Source: Neophaeotheca triangularis (Eukaryota). Taken from it: DNA of 64,000 nucleotides. The translations under genes and the position numbers were made by a program. Below, in pieces: positions 35,858 through 47,162 of the stretch. The DNA is taken from positions 434,001 through 498,000 of the forward strand of contig BAAIJX010000011.1 of NCBI GenBank assembly GCA_054600435.1, written 5' to 3'. The notes under the pieces were generated by a model that searched no databases, was not told the origin of the DNA, and saw only the letters and a program-made list of their open reading frames with translations. Position 1 is the stretch's first letter; every line of letters starts with the position of its first letter.

Positions 35858-36746
35858 GAGGGCTTCTCTATGCCGGGGGCTTTTTTTTTTTACGGAAGGC
35901 TTCTCATTCTGGAAGGCTTCTCTCGTTTTCGATGCGCATGAGTGGTTTCGGTATTCTTTACTGCCCAACGACTTTTTTTTCTTTTTGGAAAATTTCGTTT
36001 CGATGGGCTGTGCGCGAGAAAGGGCTGGGTTATGGTATTTCTTGAGTGGGCGTGCGCGTTCCTACTTTAGCGTTCATACTCTGAAGTTGTACCATCGTGA
36101 CTTGCAACATTAAAGAATGCTCTGCTTTGCGTATTGGTCGTTCTCTTGAGCACTGCCTCTCTCCCATGCCAAATAGTCAAAGGCGACATGCTGTACAAAG
36201 GGGGAGGCGCTCTCAGGGGTAGGTGTTCTGGCACGCTAGGATCAGCCATGGCTGATGTCTCAGCTCTGTTCCCGTATCATGCGCCGGCAACAAAGTCTTC
36301 CTATGGGGTACGTCTATCAACTGACCGCCGAAGCAACAAACCCGTGATACAAGTGCACGAACAGAGCGTGATCACAGGCATCGAGTTCAGTAGATCTATC
36401 GTCCTGGAGTCGGCCGAGAAGCGACGAATAGCCGACGATTTGGCGCTAATGGGAGACCACCCTTCAGTTGTCAGTCACGGAGCCGACATTGGCGAATGAC
36501 AACCCTCTCTCAAGACTCACAACGCAAACCCTTCACGATCACACCGTCGATACGACGCCAACGCTCGCTACATACCTACCGAGAAACGCCCTCATATACG
36601 CAACCTACAACCTGGGACCCTAAAGGCGCGCCAAGAGATTGAAATCTCAAAGTAACCTGTCCATCCACGCGATCAGTACGGCATGAAACCCCAATGAGGG
36701 CACACGCGAAGGAACAAGCCCAAGAACAATTCAAGAACTGCCTCTC

Positions 36747-37990
36747 ATGAGCACCCAACCTATTCCGCCTCCCGAATCCTCCAACGCGCCCACCCCAACA
36801 CCCTCCCCAGCCGCCCCGACCATGGCGGCCATCACCGAAAAACTCCCCGAACCACCGCCAGCGCTGCATCCCTTCCGAGAATGGGTCTCGCAAGCCGTTG
36901 TGGCCTCCTTTGTCGCCGGAGGTGTCGCCGGCGCGGTTTCCCGCACCGTTGTGTCTCCGCTCGAGCGCCTGAAGATCCTCCTCCAGGTCCAGACAGTCGG
37001 GAGAGAGGAGTACAAGATGGGCATTCACAAGGCACTGGCGAAGATGTGGAGAGAGGAAGGTTTCAAGGGTTTTATGGCGGGCAATGGTACGAATTGCATT
37101 CGTATTGTGCCGTATAGCGCCGTGCAGTTTGGGAGTTACAGTTTCTATAAGAGGGTGAGTTGACCTCTGTTATTATCTTTCTAAGGGAAACTGCGTGGCT
37201 CAAGAGGACAGCTTGTTGCGGTTGAAAGCGATAATGGGAATACTGAATGACCGCCTGAATACTACTAACCTCAGCGGGCAGTTTTTCGAAGATTCACCCG
37301 GCCACCCCTTGGGGCCACTACAGCGCCTATCATGCGGCGCCCTCGCCGGTATTACCTCTGTCACTGTCACCTACCCACTCGACATTGTTCGCACCCGTCT
37401 CTCCATCCAATCGGCCTCGTTCAAGACTCTCTCAAGAGACGCTGGTAAAAAGCTACCAGGAATGAGCCAGACGTTAGTTCACATGTACAAGACGGAAGGA
37501 GGTTTCCTCGCCCTTTACCGTGGTATAATACCTACAGTAGCCGGCGTAGCGCCCTACGTAGGCTTGAACTTCATGGTGTATGAGACTGTCCGACAGTACT
37601 TCACCCCCGAAGGCAGAGAGAATCCCAGCGCATTTGGCAAACTAGGAGCTGGTGCCATATCCGGGGCAGTGGCGCAGACTTGCACATACCCCTTGTGAGT
37701 GTTTGACTACAGCCAGTCTTGTTAGCTTCCCCCAACTAACCCGAGCTTTTAGCGACGTTCTGCGCCGACGTTTCCAAATCAACACAATGTCCGGCATGGG
37801 CTATCAATACAAGTCCATATTCGATGCGGTTCGTGTGATCGTCGGGTCCGAAGGCGTAAGGGGACTTTACAAAGGCATCGCGCCTAATCTCTTGAAGGTC
37901 GCGCCGAGCATGGCTAGCAGCTGGCTCAGTTTCGAGTTTGCAAGGGACGCTTTGGTCGCGATGAAGCCGGAGCCGGCCGACGAACGATAG
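36747..37990 (+). CDS. Mitochondrial carrier (SLC25), YPR011C/SLC25A42-like nucleotide/CoA-type; exons 36747-37154, 37282-37694 and 37753-37990
   Basis: Three Px[DE]xx[KR] repeats: SPLERLK, YPLDIVR and [11 protein letters not shown] (across intron 2). Also [17 protein letters not shown]. Canonical GTGAGT donors and CTAAC branch points. Confidence 0.92.
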
Positions 37991-38852
37991 CAGATGACTA
38001 TACTGATCCACATTTGTCGAAGACAGTCGAGTGGGAGCGAGTGAATGAACTTTAGCGTGTTCTTACGGAGTTTTTGAGGCGTAGCAAGAGACGGTACCCA
38101 AGTATGGGTGGGTTTTGTGGGAGGTGTGTTGCACTTGCATGGAAAGGCACATATATGATCAAGGAGCGAGGCGTTTGGCATGACAAGCACCCTCGCAAAC
38201 ACTTGAGAAGGAAATCCTTACCTTGCGGTTCTGCTATTCAAGAGGCGCTGCGCTCCTTTCGCGCCCTTTGGCAAGATCAGTCGGCCGACTTGGACTTGCT
38301 GGATAGACGTGTACAATACCGCTTGTACTTACAATGAATGATGCATTGGTTATCGTGGAGGCCTAGGGGCGATTTTTTCGCCGTATACCCAACATGCAGT
38401 GTAATCGAGGGTCAGCAACATCAATCTGACCTGTCCGGGGCATTGACTTAGTGTCCTACAATTGATTACCTTAGCTTACGTTTGAAACGACCAATGACGG
38501 CTTGCCATTCGACGTCACATGTCCAGTGTTGTTCACATGTCACCTTGACTACCTTATCAGTTCACCTTTCCCAAGACCAACTGTCAATCAAGCTACCCTT
38601 TGACCTCCAACAACGCTCCTGAGTGCACTACAACTCTCCACTTGACCAGGCAGCATTTTGGCGTGCTGTTCTTTATCTACTTGGTGAAGCATGACACGCT
38701 GAGTCGAAAGCTGCTGGGGCTTGCTGGATGCCCGCCTATTACCTGCTGAGGAGGCAGCTTGGATCCCGCTCTGCATGCTCGACGGTACTGACCGGAAGCC
38801 ATCTTCTAGCGTTTGTTTGCCTTGATCAGTTCATGAGCTCAAAGTTGCAACA

Positions 38853-41525
38853 ATGATGGCCTCCCGGGTTCTCTCCCGCTATCTCCCCGTTGCGGAGGGC
38901 GATATCTCAGCCCTCGAGGAGTCACGACGCGAATCTGGCGTTCGAGGGGATGTCGAAGCACAGCGTAGCGGCCCGCCACTGCACACCTTTCACGACAATG
39001 ACGATGACCCTGACGATTTCCTCTATGACCCCTCGAACGATCCCGAGCGGGCATCCTCCCCCGACCTCTCGAGCCCTGAAGCACGACCGACATCGAAGGG
39101 GGAAAACGTTGAGGGAGGGCACAGGCTCAAGAGTGCGGACGAGATAGCCCAGCAGGGGATTGAGGAAAACGAGGATGTCCCAGGCTCACTGCTGATGGAT
39201 CATACCAGGCCAAGGGCTCAAAGAGGCTTCCCGCCTTCGCGTAACGAGCATAGTAGCAGACAAGCGGGAACAGACGCACAGTGGCAAGCTACGCAACTCC
39301 AACAGGGGCTCTATACAACGCGACCTCTGCCGAAACGGGACACCTCACAATTTCCGCAAGCCCATGGGCCAGCTTTCATAGCGCAGCGAGACCCGCAAGC
39401 AGACGCCATGTGGCTCTACACAAATGCCAGCAACCTTGACGCTTTCCTTCTTGAAGTCTACGAGTATTATGTAAACCACGGCCTCTGGTCCATGATTCTT
39501 GCCAAAATTATCAACCTGTTGACGGAGCTCTTCGTCTTCACGTTTGCCACGTTCCTCACCACCTGCATTGATTACTCAAAAATACCCAGCAGCAAGTCCA
39601 CGACCGAGGTCATGATCCCCAAGTGCATGGCAAAAGCTTCTTGGGTCACGAACATCGCAACCTTCTTCTTCGTCATCTGGTGGTTATACTCGTTGGGCAA
39701 GTTGGCTGAGGGTTATCAGAACTGGTCCCGTATGCGTAACTTCTACGAGCACGTCCTTGGTATAAAAGACTCCGACATCCAAACCGTTTCCTGGGTGAGG
39801 GTTGTGGAAGGTCTTGTTAGGATCAGGAACGCCAACGTCGCTACCGCAGATCTATCTTCTCAAACAAGACGGTACATGGCGAAGAACTACAACAAGCCCC
39901 AAGAACGCTTCAACGCGGAAATCATCGCCAACAGACTCATGAGACGGGCGAATTATGACGTGGCAATGTATAACAAAGACATATTGGACTTCACCTTACC
40001 TGTGCCCTTGTTAGGCATGCGGCAGTTCTACTCGAAAAGTTTGGAATGGAGCATTGAATTCTGTTTGACGAACTTCATTTTCGATGAGCAAGGGGCCACC
40101 AGACCCTATGCCTTGGAAACAAGGAACCGAGCAGCACTCGTGGAGGCACTTCGAAGACGGCTGCGCATTGCAGCGATAGCGAGCATCGTAATGGCACCAT
40201 TCAATGTCGTCCGGTTCTGCATTCTTTACTTCTTCCGCTACTACACCGAATTCACCAGAAATCCTTCGAGGGTCAGCGCTCGTACCTTTACGCCTCTTGC
40301 AGAATGGAAGATGAGGGAATTCAACGAGCTCGATCACGTCTTCCAACGCAGACTCAGGCAAGCATATCCTTTTGCCAACGACTATCTCAAACAGTTTCCA
40401 AAAGACAAGACGGACCAATTGTGTCGATTTATAGCTTTCATCAGCGGGGCTATCGCTGCTGTGCTGACGTTGGCAACCCTCTTCGACCCTGAGCTCTTTC
40501 TGGGCTTTGAAGTCACGCCTGGTCGCACTGCGGTGTTTTGGCTTACTGTGATGATCGGCATATTCGGATTTGCCCACGGATCGTTACCTGACGAGAACGA
40601 AGTCCACGACCCAGTGTTACACCTCAGAGAAGTCCTCATGTTCACCCACTACATGCCAGCCCACTGGAAGAACAGGCTCCACAGCAATGAGGTCCGTATC
40701 GAGTTTTCGGCATTATACCAAATGAAGGTCATGATCTTCCTCGAGGAGATCCTCAGTCTTATCGTCGCACCGCTGATACTCCTGCGAAACGCCAACACAC
40801 GCAGCGAGCGCGTCGTGGACTTCTTTCGAGAACACACCGTCCACGTCGACGGCGTAGGCTACCAGTGCAACTTCGCTGTGTTCGGTTTTAAAAAGGACCC
40901 GTACACCGAGGATCCGACCGCTGCGCTCCGGGAACCTGATGGTTTGCGCGACGACTACTTTGGCCTGAAAGACGACAAAATGGCCGCCTCGATGCAGAAC
41001 TTCATGCAATACTATAGCCACTATCAGCAGCGGTCAGGAGCACGAAGGAATCAAGGATTCCAGCCCCCACCAGCGTTCCCGAACCCTTTATCATCTCGCC
41101 CTCCCTCCGACAGTCGCATCCTGCCAAACCCGCAAGGCCGGCCCAGCTCCTCTGCCAAACCCGGGAAATCGACACTTCTAAGCCCGCGCCAGCACGCTTC
41201 GCAGGCGCCCAAACTCTCGCCGGCGCAGCTCTCCCGTCAGCAAAGGACTCTTAATCCCAGGCCCCACGGCGATTCTTCTGGCACCAAGCCTTTAGCGGAA
41301 GTAGGCAGTCCTCCCACTACGCATGGCGTCACTGAAAGCCGAATGATGGCCCAGGACAGCGATCTGAAAGACTTTGTCGACGCACCTGGCAAAGAGCAGC
41401 TGGAGAGCGACACCGAGGGTGAGGACGCGAGAGACGGCGTTCCCGGTCAGGAAGCCGGCGTTCTGGGGATGCTGTATCAGTTTTCCAAGGCGAAAACTGA
41501 GCAGGGTACGGGCGTTCATATTTGA
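38853..41525 (+). CDS. ATG9: Autophagy protein Atg9 (lipid scramblase)
   Basis: 890-aa intronless ORF. Motifs NLDAFLLEVYEYY, IANRLMRRANY..AMYNKDIL, W.MREFNELDH.F.RRL, YLKQFP, THYMP.HW, LEEILS...P..L, DFFREHTVHVDGVGYQC.FA.F, KMAAS..NF. Confidence 0.93.
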   Translation: MMASRVLSRYLPVAEGDISALEESRRESGVRGDVEAQRSGPPLHTFHDNDDDPDDFLYDPSNDPERASSPDLSSPEARPTSKGENVEGGHRLKSADEIAQQGIEENEDVPGSLLMDHTRPRAQRGFPPSRNEHSSRQAGTDAQWQATQLQQGLYTTRPLPKRDTSQFPQAHGPAFIAQRDPQADAMWLYTNASNLDAFLLEVYEYYVNHGLWSMILAKIINLLTELFVFTFATFLTTCIDYSKIPSSKSTTEVMIPKCMAKASWVTNIATFFFVIWWLYSLGKLAEGYQNWSRMRNFYEHVLGIKDSDIQTVSWVRVVEGLVRIRNANVATADLSSQTRRYMAKNYNKPQERFNAEIIANRLMRRANYDVAMYNKDILDFTLPVPLLGMRQFYSKSLEWSIEFCLTNFIFDEQGATRPYALETRNRAALVEALRRRLRIAAIASIVMAPFNVVRFCILYFFRYYTEFTRNPSRVSARTFTPLAEWKMREFNELDHVFQRRLRQAYPFANDYLKQFPKDKTDQLCRFIAFISGAIAAVLTLATLFDPELFLGFEVTPGRTAVFWLTVMIGIFGFAHGSLPDENEVHDPVLHLREVLMFTHYMPAHWKNRLHSNEVRIEFSALYQMKVMIFLEEILSLIVAPLILLRNANTRSERVVDFFREHTVHVDGVGYQCNFAVFGFKKDPYTEDPTAALREPDGLRDDYFGLKDDKMAASMQNFMQYYSHYQQRSGARRNQGFQPPPAFPNPLSSRPPSDSRILPNPQGRPSSSAKPGKSTLLSPRQHASQAPKLSPAQLSRQQRTLNPRPHGDSSGTKPLAEVGSPPTTHGVTESRMMAQDSDLKDFVDAPGKEQLESDTEGEDARDGVPGQEAGVLGMLYQFSKAKTEQGTGVHI

Positions 41526-41912
41526 GCGGTGCTTGAGACCATGGTGACTCCCTGGCGACGGATGGTGTGTTTTGTGGCTTGGTTAGATACCCCTGAGATA
41601 TGATACCTTCGAATATCCATCCCCCAATCGTAGCTTATTGATCGTTCTGATGCAGCTGTTCTGGATTGCATTGTAAACAATGTCACTGCTATCCATGACC
41701 ATTGCCCCACGATATGCTGACATGTTATGGCTTGCGTGTAAGGTTACATATTCGCACCTCTTCAGGTTCAATGTAGCGCGCCCTGACGGCGTCGGCTTTT
41801 ACAAACACAAAGCCTGACTCGACTGCAAAACGACTTCTTGCGAATTGCTGCTAATGTGTGGATAATGTTCTATTTCTAAAGCTTAAACAATCAAGCCAAG
41901 TGCAACAAATGC

Positions 41913-43646
41913 TCAATGACCTTCCAAAACCTCTTGCACACCAATACTGCGCTGACAATCGGCAAGGATCCTGGCCTGCTTAGCAATGTCGCCCAAGTGG
42001 CCGATGACTTTCTCATTGCCTTCTTGGAACCCATACAGCGCGTATGGAATCTCGACATCCTCGCAAAATTCCCTCACCAGCTTCTGAGCTCTCCGCAGAT
42101 TGTGCCTTGGCATGCGAGGGAACAGGTGGTGGACAGCTTGGAATTGCAAGCCGCCGTGGAAGAAATCCAGCCATTCTGGGCAGTCAACGTCCATGGTCGT
42201 CCGCAGCATGCGCTGGGGAAACGACTCGGCAGGGCCCAAATCAGCGGTTGACATGGCGAAATGGGATAGGGTGATTTGGACGTGTACCATCATGGTCACG
42301 GCGTGGCTGATCATCACGTAGACGAAGCGATCCCAGCCGGTGGGGAGGCCTTTGTAGAGAGTGAAATACCCAAACCACGTCCAGAAGAAGACTTGTCCAG
42401 CTGCTTCGAAGTAGCGGTGCCACCATGCGGGACCCTTGCGTGGTCCAAGGCCGAGCAGGATGTACTCCCAGCTGAGGCGGTAGAGGTTGAACCGGCCAAA
42501 AGTGAGGATCGGGTAGTAAAGGTAATGCTGGTATCGCAGGGCAAATTTGGCGAAAGGGTCATAAGTCATGATGCGCTCGTAGTAGGTGCTTCGGAGACTG
42601 TCAAAGAAGCGATGGCTGACAGCGAAGAATGGCATGTGCTGGATATCGGGATCGTGTTCGGCGCTGTTCGTAACGATGTGGTGGACGTTATGATTGCGTT
42701 TCCACCAGCAGCATGAAAGACCTCCAAGGTAGTTGGAAATGAACATGCCTATAACGCTGTCCGTTTGGAAGTCGTGGGTGATACCCATGTGGCCGGCGTC
42801 GTGAACTGTAAAGACCAGTTGGTGCCATAACAAACCCAAGCAGACAGCGCTGAGCTTGAACCAGCCGTACTGGAGGGAGATGTATGACATGACGCCCAAA
42901 AAGGTATATCGAGCTATTTCAATAGCGTAGGCGGTATAGTTGCAATCATAAAGCCGCTCGGCATTTAGTCGCTCGTCCAGCTGCTTGTATTTTGTAATGA
43001 TGTTGGCTTGCGTTTCGCTGTCGAGGCTCGGGAATGTTTCGAGATCGCGTTGTAACTCTTGCTGAGTCCTACTATCACCAGGGCTCGCCTCTTTCTGGGC
43101 GGCAGCGCCTTCTTCCAGAGCCATTGTCGAGAGAGACGTTGAAGAAGACGACGCACTCACAGCTCCGTTGCTTCCTCTCCTCCTCCTCCTCAAGCCAGAC
43201 GAGCCATGGTCGACCGCGTCAAAGACGGGCGATGGTTCTTCGGACCCACTTCTGCTGGAGCCTTCGCTTCTTTCTCCTTGTACCAAACTCGAAGCCTCTT
43301 TCTCATCCTGAGAGCCCAGCTGCACCCGTCGCTTAAAGGTGCCTCCTTGAAGGGGCGGCAGGAAGTCTTTCCACGGCCCGCTTATCCTTCCAATCTGATA
43401 TCTGTCCATCAAGGCTCGCGTCTGCAGGGAATGGAACGCCTTGACCTCGTTGGTGGCGTCTCGTCCGACCATGTGGAGGATTGCCTTGTCGCCGCCGGGG
43501 TGGTAGGGAAGCCAGGCATCTACCTTGAGGACCTTGTCATCGACAATGACGACCTTCCTACCGTCGGCAATGAGGTTCTCGATGTCATGGCGTGAGAGGA
43601 TCCTGTCCTTGAGACGAGAGGATCCGGCATCTCGCAAGGGTACCAT
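41913..43646 (-). CDS. SLD1: Sphingolipid delta-8 desaturase (cytochrome b5 fusion)
   Basis: Cyt b5 motif WLPYHPGG...GRDAT; His boxes HDAGH, HNVHH and QAVHH. The start is taken at MVPLRD (43646); an in-frame ATG also exists at 43742. Confidence 0.92.
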   Translation of the reverse strand: MVPLRDAGSSRLKDRILSRHDIENLIADGRKVVIVDDKVLKVDAWLPYHPGGDKAILHMVGRDATNEVKAFHSLQTRALMDRYQIGRISGPWKDFLPPLQGGTFKRRVQLGSQDEKEASSLVQGERSEGSSRSGSEEPSPVFDAVDHGSSGLRRRRRGSNGAVSASSSSTSLSTMALEEGAAAQKEASPGDSRTQQELQRDLETFPSLDSETQANIITKYKQLDERLNAERLYDCNYTAYAIEIARYTFLGVMSYISLQYGWFKLSAVCLGLLWHQLVFTVHDAGHMGITHDFQTDSVIGMFISNYLGGLSCCWWKRNHNVHHIVTNSAEHDPDIQHMPFFAVSHRFFDSLRSTYYERIMTYDPFAKFALRYQHYLYYPILTFGRFNLYRLSWEYILLGLGPRKGPAWWHRYFEAAGQVFFWTWFGYFTLYKGLPTGWDRFVYVMISHAVTMMVHVQITLSHFAMSTADLGPAESFPQRMLRTTMDVDCPEWLDFFHGGLQFQAVHHLFPRMPRHNLRRAQKLVREFCEDVEIPYALYGFQEGNEKVIGHLGDIAKQARILADCQRSIGVQEVLEGH

Positions 43647-44163
43647 GGTGTAGGTATCGTTGAGGTTGTCGGGGTGGTAACCAGGAAGAGAAGTTACGTA
43701 CCTACATAGACCGAAGGTAGTGTAGGTAATGGAGGTTGACATTGAAAAGCAGCTGGACCCTGGCCTCAGGCAATGACCGCCGCAAGGGTCGTTCACTGCA
43801 GGTGGTCCTTCCCCACCTGGCGGTGGCACTAGGAAGTACCTACCCTCACTACCGTAATGATAAGGTACCCAGGTAAGGTACCTAATAATTGACGCCTTTC
43901 GCGTGGGGCTGAGCACTGACTCTGACTGGGTGGAGGCTTGGCAACGACAGCTTAGGCAGCTCTCTCGTCATTGGTGCCTGTTACAACTTCCCGTCGGGTT
44001 ACCTAGTACCTACAGTAACCCTACCGTGAGCTACTCACCTTCCGTCGTTTGCAGTCTTGCGCCACCACACTCTCACTTCCACCACTTCTACTACACACCT
44101 CTTGACTCTGACCTGGTACATCTCCTGCTCTCACAGTATCGATTGGCTCCAGAATCGCCCATC

Positions 44164-45633
44164 ATGGCGAGCCACCTGCCAAAGATGCTGGCCTTCCCGC
44201 CCGACGAACAGCTGAGCCCCGACGAATACGACGTGAGAATCAGAGAATACTACAAGGAACTTAAGGACATGCCAGCCTCGGCCTGGACGGGCACATTCGA
44301 AAAGAAGCGCGTGCTGGACCTCCTCAACCCTACAGTCAACTCCCTTGCCTACCTCTTCGCTTTGCTGGCCAACCGCGATGCGAACAAGAGCAACAAAACC
44401 TTCCAAATAGACCTACTCGAGCGCGCCGTCATATTCAGCACATCATTCGACCAGAAACAGATACGCTATGCGGGCATGTATTGGCGGCACTTGTTTGAGT
44501 GGATGATCGAGTCCTTCCGCAAGCAGGGTATTCAGGATCTCACACCCCTCTCGGCTGCTATTCTGCACCTCGACCCGACCGCAGCGACCTTTACCACGAC
44601 TCATCTCGCCTTCCTCCGTATCTGTATGGATCAAGGTTCACCTCGCCAAGCACTCCCGATCCTTGACAAGAACCTGCTCTCCATTCCTCGTGGCACCGTT
44701 CCGAATGCCCCCGAGGTCCTGTCCGACGACGAGCTCCTCAGCAACGCATACATGACTAAAAGTTCTGGTTTCTCACTGAAGATGTCGGTCGAGTACATTT
44801 TAGAGTACTACCTTCTCGGCGCACAAGTCTACATTGGTCTTCGCAGATGGGATCGCGCGCGTCTCTTTTTGGAACAAGTCATACTCTCGCCTTCGTTTGC
44901 GGGTAATAATGGCAGCGCTTTGCAGGTGGAGGCTTACAAGAAATGGGTCATGGTGGGTCTACTGTCTCAGGGAAGCACGTTCAACCAACCACGCACAGCG
45001 GAACAAGCAATCATGGCCAGTATCAGAAAGTTGTCGCGGGCATACGAAACACTGGCTGAGATCTTCGAGAAGAGGGATTGGCTCAAGTTCCAGGCAGAGA
45101 TGGCTGTAGGCTGGCAGCTGTGGGATAACGATGGCAATTTACGCTTGGTGACAGAAGCAAGCGATGCGCTGTTGAAGTATCGCGTCATCGATCTGCAGAA
45201 GACGTATGCCGCACTGCCCGTCAGCAGGGTTGCCCATTCCCTTGGATTTAGTACCGACGAGACCTTTGGGCTGTTGACGAACCTGATCCAAACGGCCCAA
45301 GTCCACGCGAGTATCGCGTCTGCTGCCAGTGGGGCTCCGGGCGACGCCGTTCTCCGCTTTCACTTGGGCAACGGATACGGAAGCAACATAGCGCAGCAGA
45401 ACGCAGATGTCGAGGCCCAGACCAAGCGCATTGAAGAGCTCGTCAAGTACATCCGCGACGCCGATCGACAGTTGCAACTGAGCAAGGAGTTCGTCGACGT
45501 TACCAAGAGGACCCGCAAGTTGGGACCAGATAGCGACCCGACGGATCAGATGGATCTCGATTACAGCGGACCAACAGGGGGTATGGGAGGTGGCGGCTTC
45601 GACGATGGCGAGGAAGACCTGATGGTGAGATGA
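44164..45633 (+). CDS. CSN3: COP9 signalosome subunit 3 (PCI domain)
   Basis: Motifs FDQKQIRYAG, AILHLDPT..TFTTTHL, ILEYYLLGAQVYIG, SALQVEAYKKWVMVGLL, DGNLRLV, RVIDLQKTYAAL. Ends in an acidic tail DEEDLM. Confidence 0.85.
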   Translation: MASHLPKMLAFPPDEQLSPDEYDVRIREYYKELKDMPASAWTGTFEKKRVLDLLNPTVNSLAYLFALLANRDANKSNKTFQIDLLERAVIFSTSFDQKQIRYAGMYWRHLFEWMIESFRKQGIQDLTPLSAAILHLDPTAATFTTTHLAFLRICMDQGSPRQALPILDKNLLSIPRGTVPNAPEVLSDDELLSNAYMTKSSGFSLKMSVEYILEYYLLGAQVYIGLRRWDRARLFLEQVILSPSFAGNNGSALQVEAYKKWVMVGLLSQGSTFNQPRTAEQAIMASIRKLSRAYETLAEIFEKRDWLKFQAEMAVGWQLWDNDGNLRLVTEASDALLKYRVIDLQKTYAALPVSRVAHSLGFSTDETFGLLTNLIQTAQVHASIASAASGAPGDAVLRFHLGNGYGSNIAQQNADVEAQTKRIEELVKYIRDADRQLQLSKEFVDVTKRTRKLGPDSDPTDQMDLDYSGPTGGMGGGGFDDGEEDLMVR

Positions 45634-45831
45634 AGATTGACGGGCAAGGTGCCGATGATTCACATGGACTTAGCGAAGGAGTTTATCATTACGTGCATAC
45701 GAGGCGTTTGAGGCATTACTAGTTTTGTGGCATGGCCCGCACACAGACATGCGGCCAAAGCGTTGATGCATAAATACATACGGCTACATAGCTGCTGGAG
45801 TGAATAGCTCTAAAGACCGAATGACAAACTT

Positions 45832-47162
45832 CTAATCGTGCTTATTACACCTGGCCAAGGGAGGGCCGATGGGGGTGATGTCAATGGTGGACACCATGAC
45901 CTTGTTGTCCTGCCCGCCAATCCAACCTCCGCCGGCGACCATGATCTGCTCCGGGTCTGGCATCACCATAACGAACTTCGTGTAGCTTCCTTCCATCCCC
46001 GTTGGAACCTTGGTCCAGGCTCCCGGCGCGCCGAGGTTGTGATTCAAGAAAACCTCGGAGTTGGAGCCGTCGGTGACGACGATTGTGCCGAATGGGCCTC
46101 CTGCCGGCGTCCACACGTTGGTGGGGCTTCCAATGGGGATCGTGCCGTCGGTGGCTTGCAGCAGATGGCCGGGTTTCGAGTCAAAGGTGAGTGGGCTGTC
46201 CGAGATGCGGTAGTGGACGGCCAGGTTCTCTTCCTCGTAGCCGTGGTACTCGTAAGTCATGATGTAGTTGCCATAAGGGAGCTCAGAGACGATGGGCATG
46301 CCGGGACGGGCCTCTTCGTCGTCGAAGCGAATGTCGAAGACGAGGTCGCTCCAGCGGTGCAGATCGGTGGTCGTCTGGTGCACCATGGCTTGTCCGTAGC
46401 GGTCATCACGCTGATCGCTGTAGTAAAGGATGAGAGTATGGTCGTACATGAAGAAGAACCTGCACTTATGATAAGCCTTGTTTTCCCTATCAAATATGGT
46501 ATGGGGGACTCAACGGTTCCCAGATTGGCGTCACGTCGTTTGTAGGGGAAGCGTAGCCTCCACGAGCTACGCTGGATACAAAGTGCCAAGTGTAGCTTCG
46601 GGACAAAGTTAGCTTGATTGATGTTAAAGAAGTTTCGTTAATCGACCCACCCAACGTCCGTCGAAGCGTAGATGTCAATCTTCGTCTCAGAGAGGTCCGC
46701 GGGAATGCTGTTCGCAGCCAGGAGCAGTGTACCAGCTGAGTAGTTTCCAACGGGCTCTGCTAGCTCGTACAAATCTGGCTGATAGCGCAGGCCCCATCCA
46801 TTCACCTGGTCATAGACTTTGGCACGCTCGGACCAGGTTTGTCCTCCATCGAGCGATTGATAGATGGGCATGTACGGGTTTTCTGGGCAATTCTCGGGGC
46901 ACGTCTGGGTGTTGTTCTCCGTAGGGAGATAGTTTTCCCAAGTTGCGAGGATGACGTTGTCAGTCTGGCAGTTTTGATTGAGGAGGAGAGTGCGCGCGTA
47001 GAGGGTGCGAGGGACCGTATAGTTCTCCGGGGGGTCGAAGATGGTGACATTCTGCAAGAGCGGCGGGCCAGAGGATTCATGACCATGGTAAGCACCGCGC
47101 TGAGCAAATGCTGACGGTACCAAGAGGGAGCTTGCAAGGGTAAGGGAGGAAAGAGAGAGCAT
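45832..47162 (-). CDS. Secreted BNR/beta-propeller glycoside hydrolase, GH93 (exo-arabinanase)-like; exons 47162-46651, 46595-46515 and 46459-45832
   Basis: Signal peptide; TLYART, LATWENY, Asp-box SLDGGQTW, GWGLRYQP, YASTD.GYTW, PIWEP-F across intron 2, YYSDQRD, RPGMP, TYEY. The intron 2 donor is atypical (GTTGAG). Confidence 0.85.

Noticed and set aside
36134..36499. Short ORF upstream of the mitochondrial carrier
   Set aside because: No motif or codon bias; probably promoter or UTR sequence.
43647..44163. SLD1 and CSN3 ORFs both extend stop-free into their shared promoter and overlap at 43903-43916
   Set aside because: The extensions start at non-ATG codons, look non-coding and run through the TAGGTA promoter cluster. 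Most likely chance.
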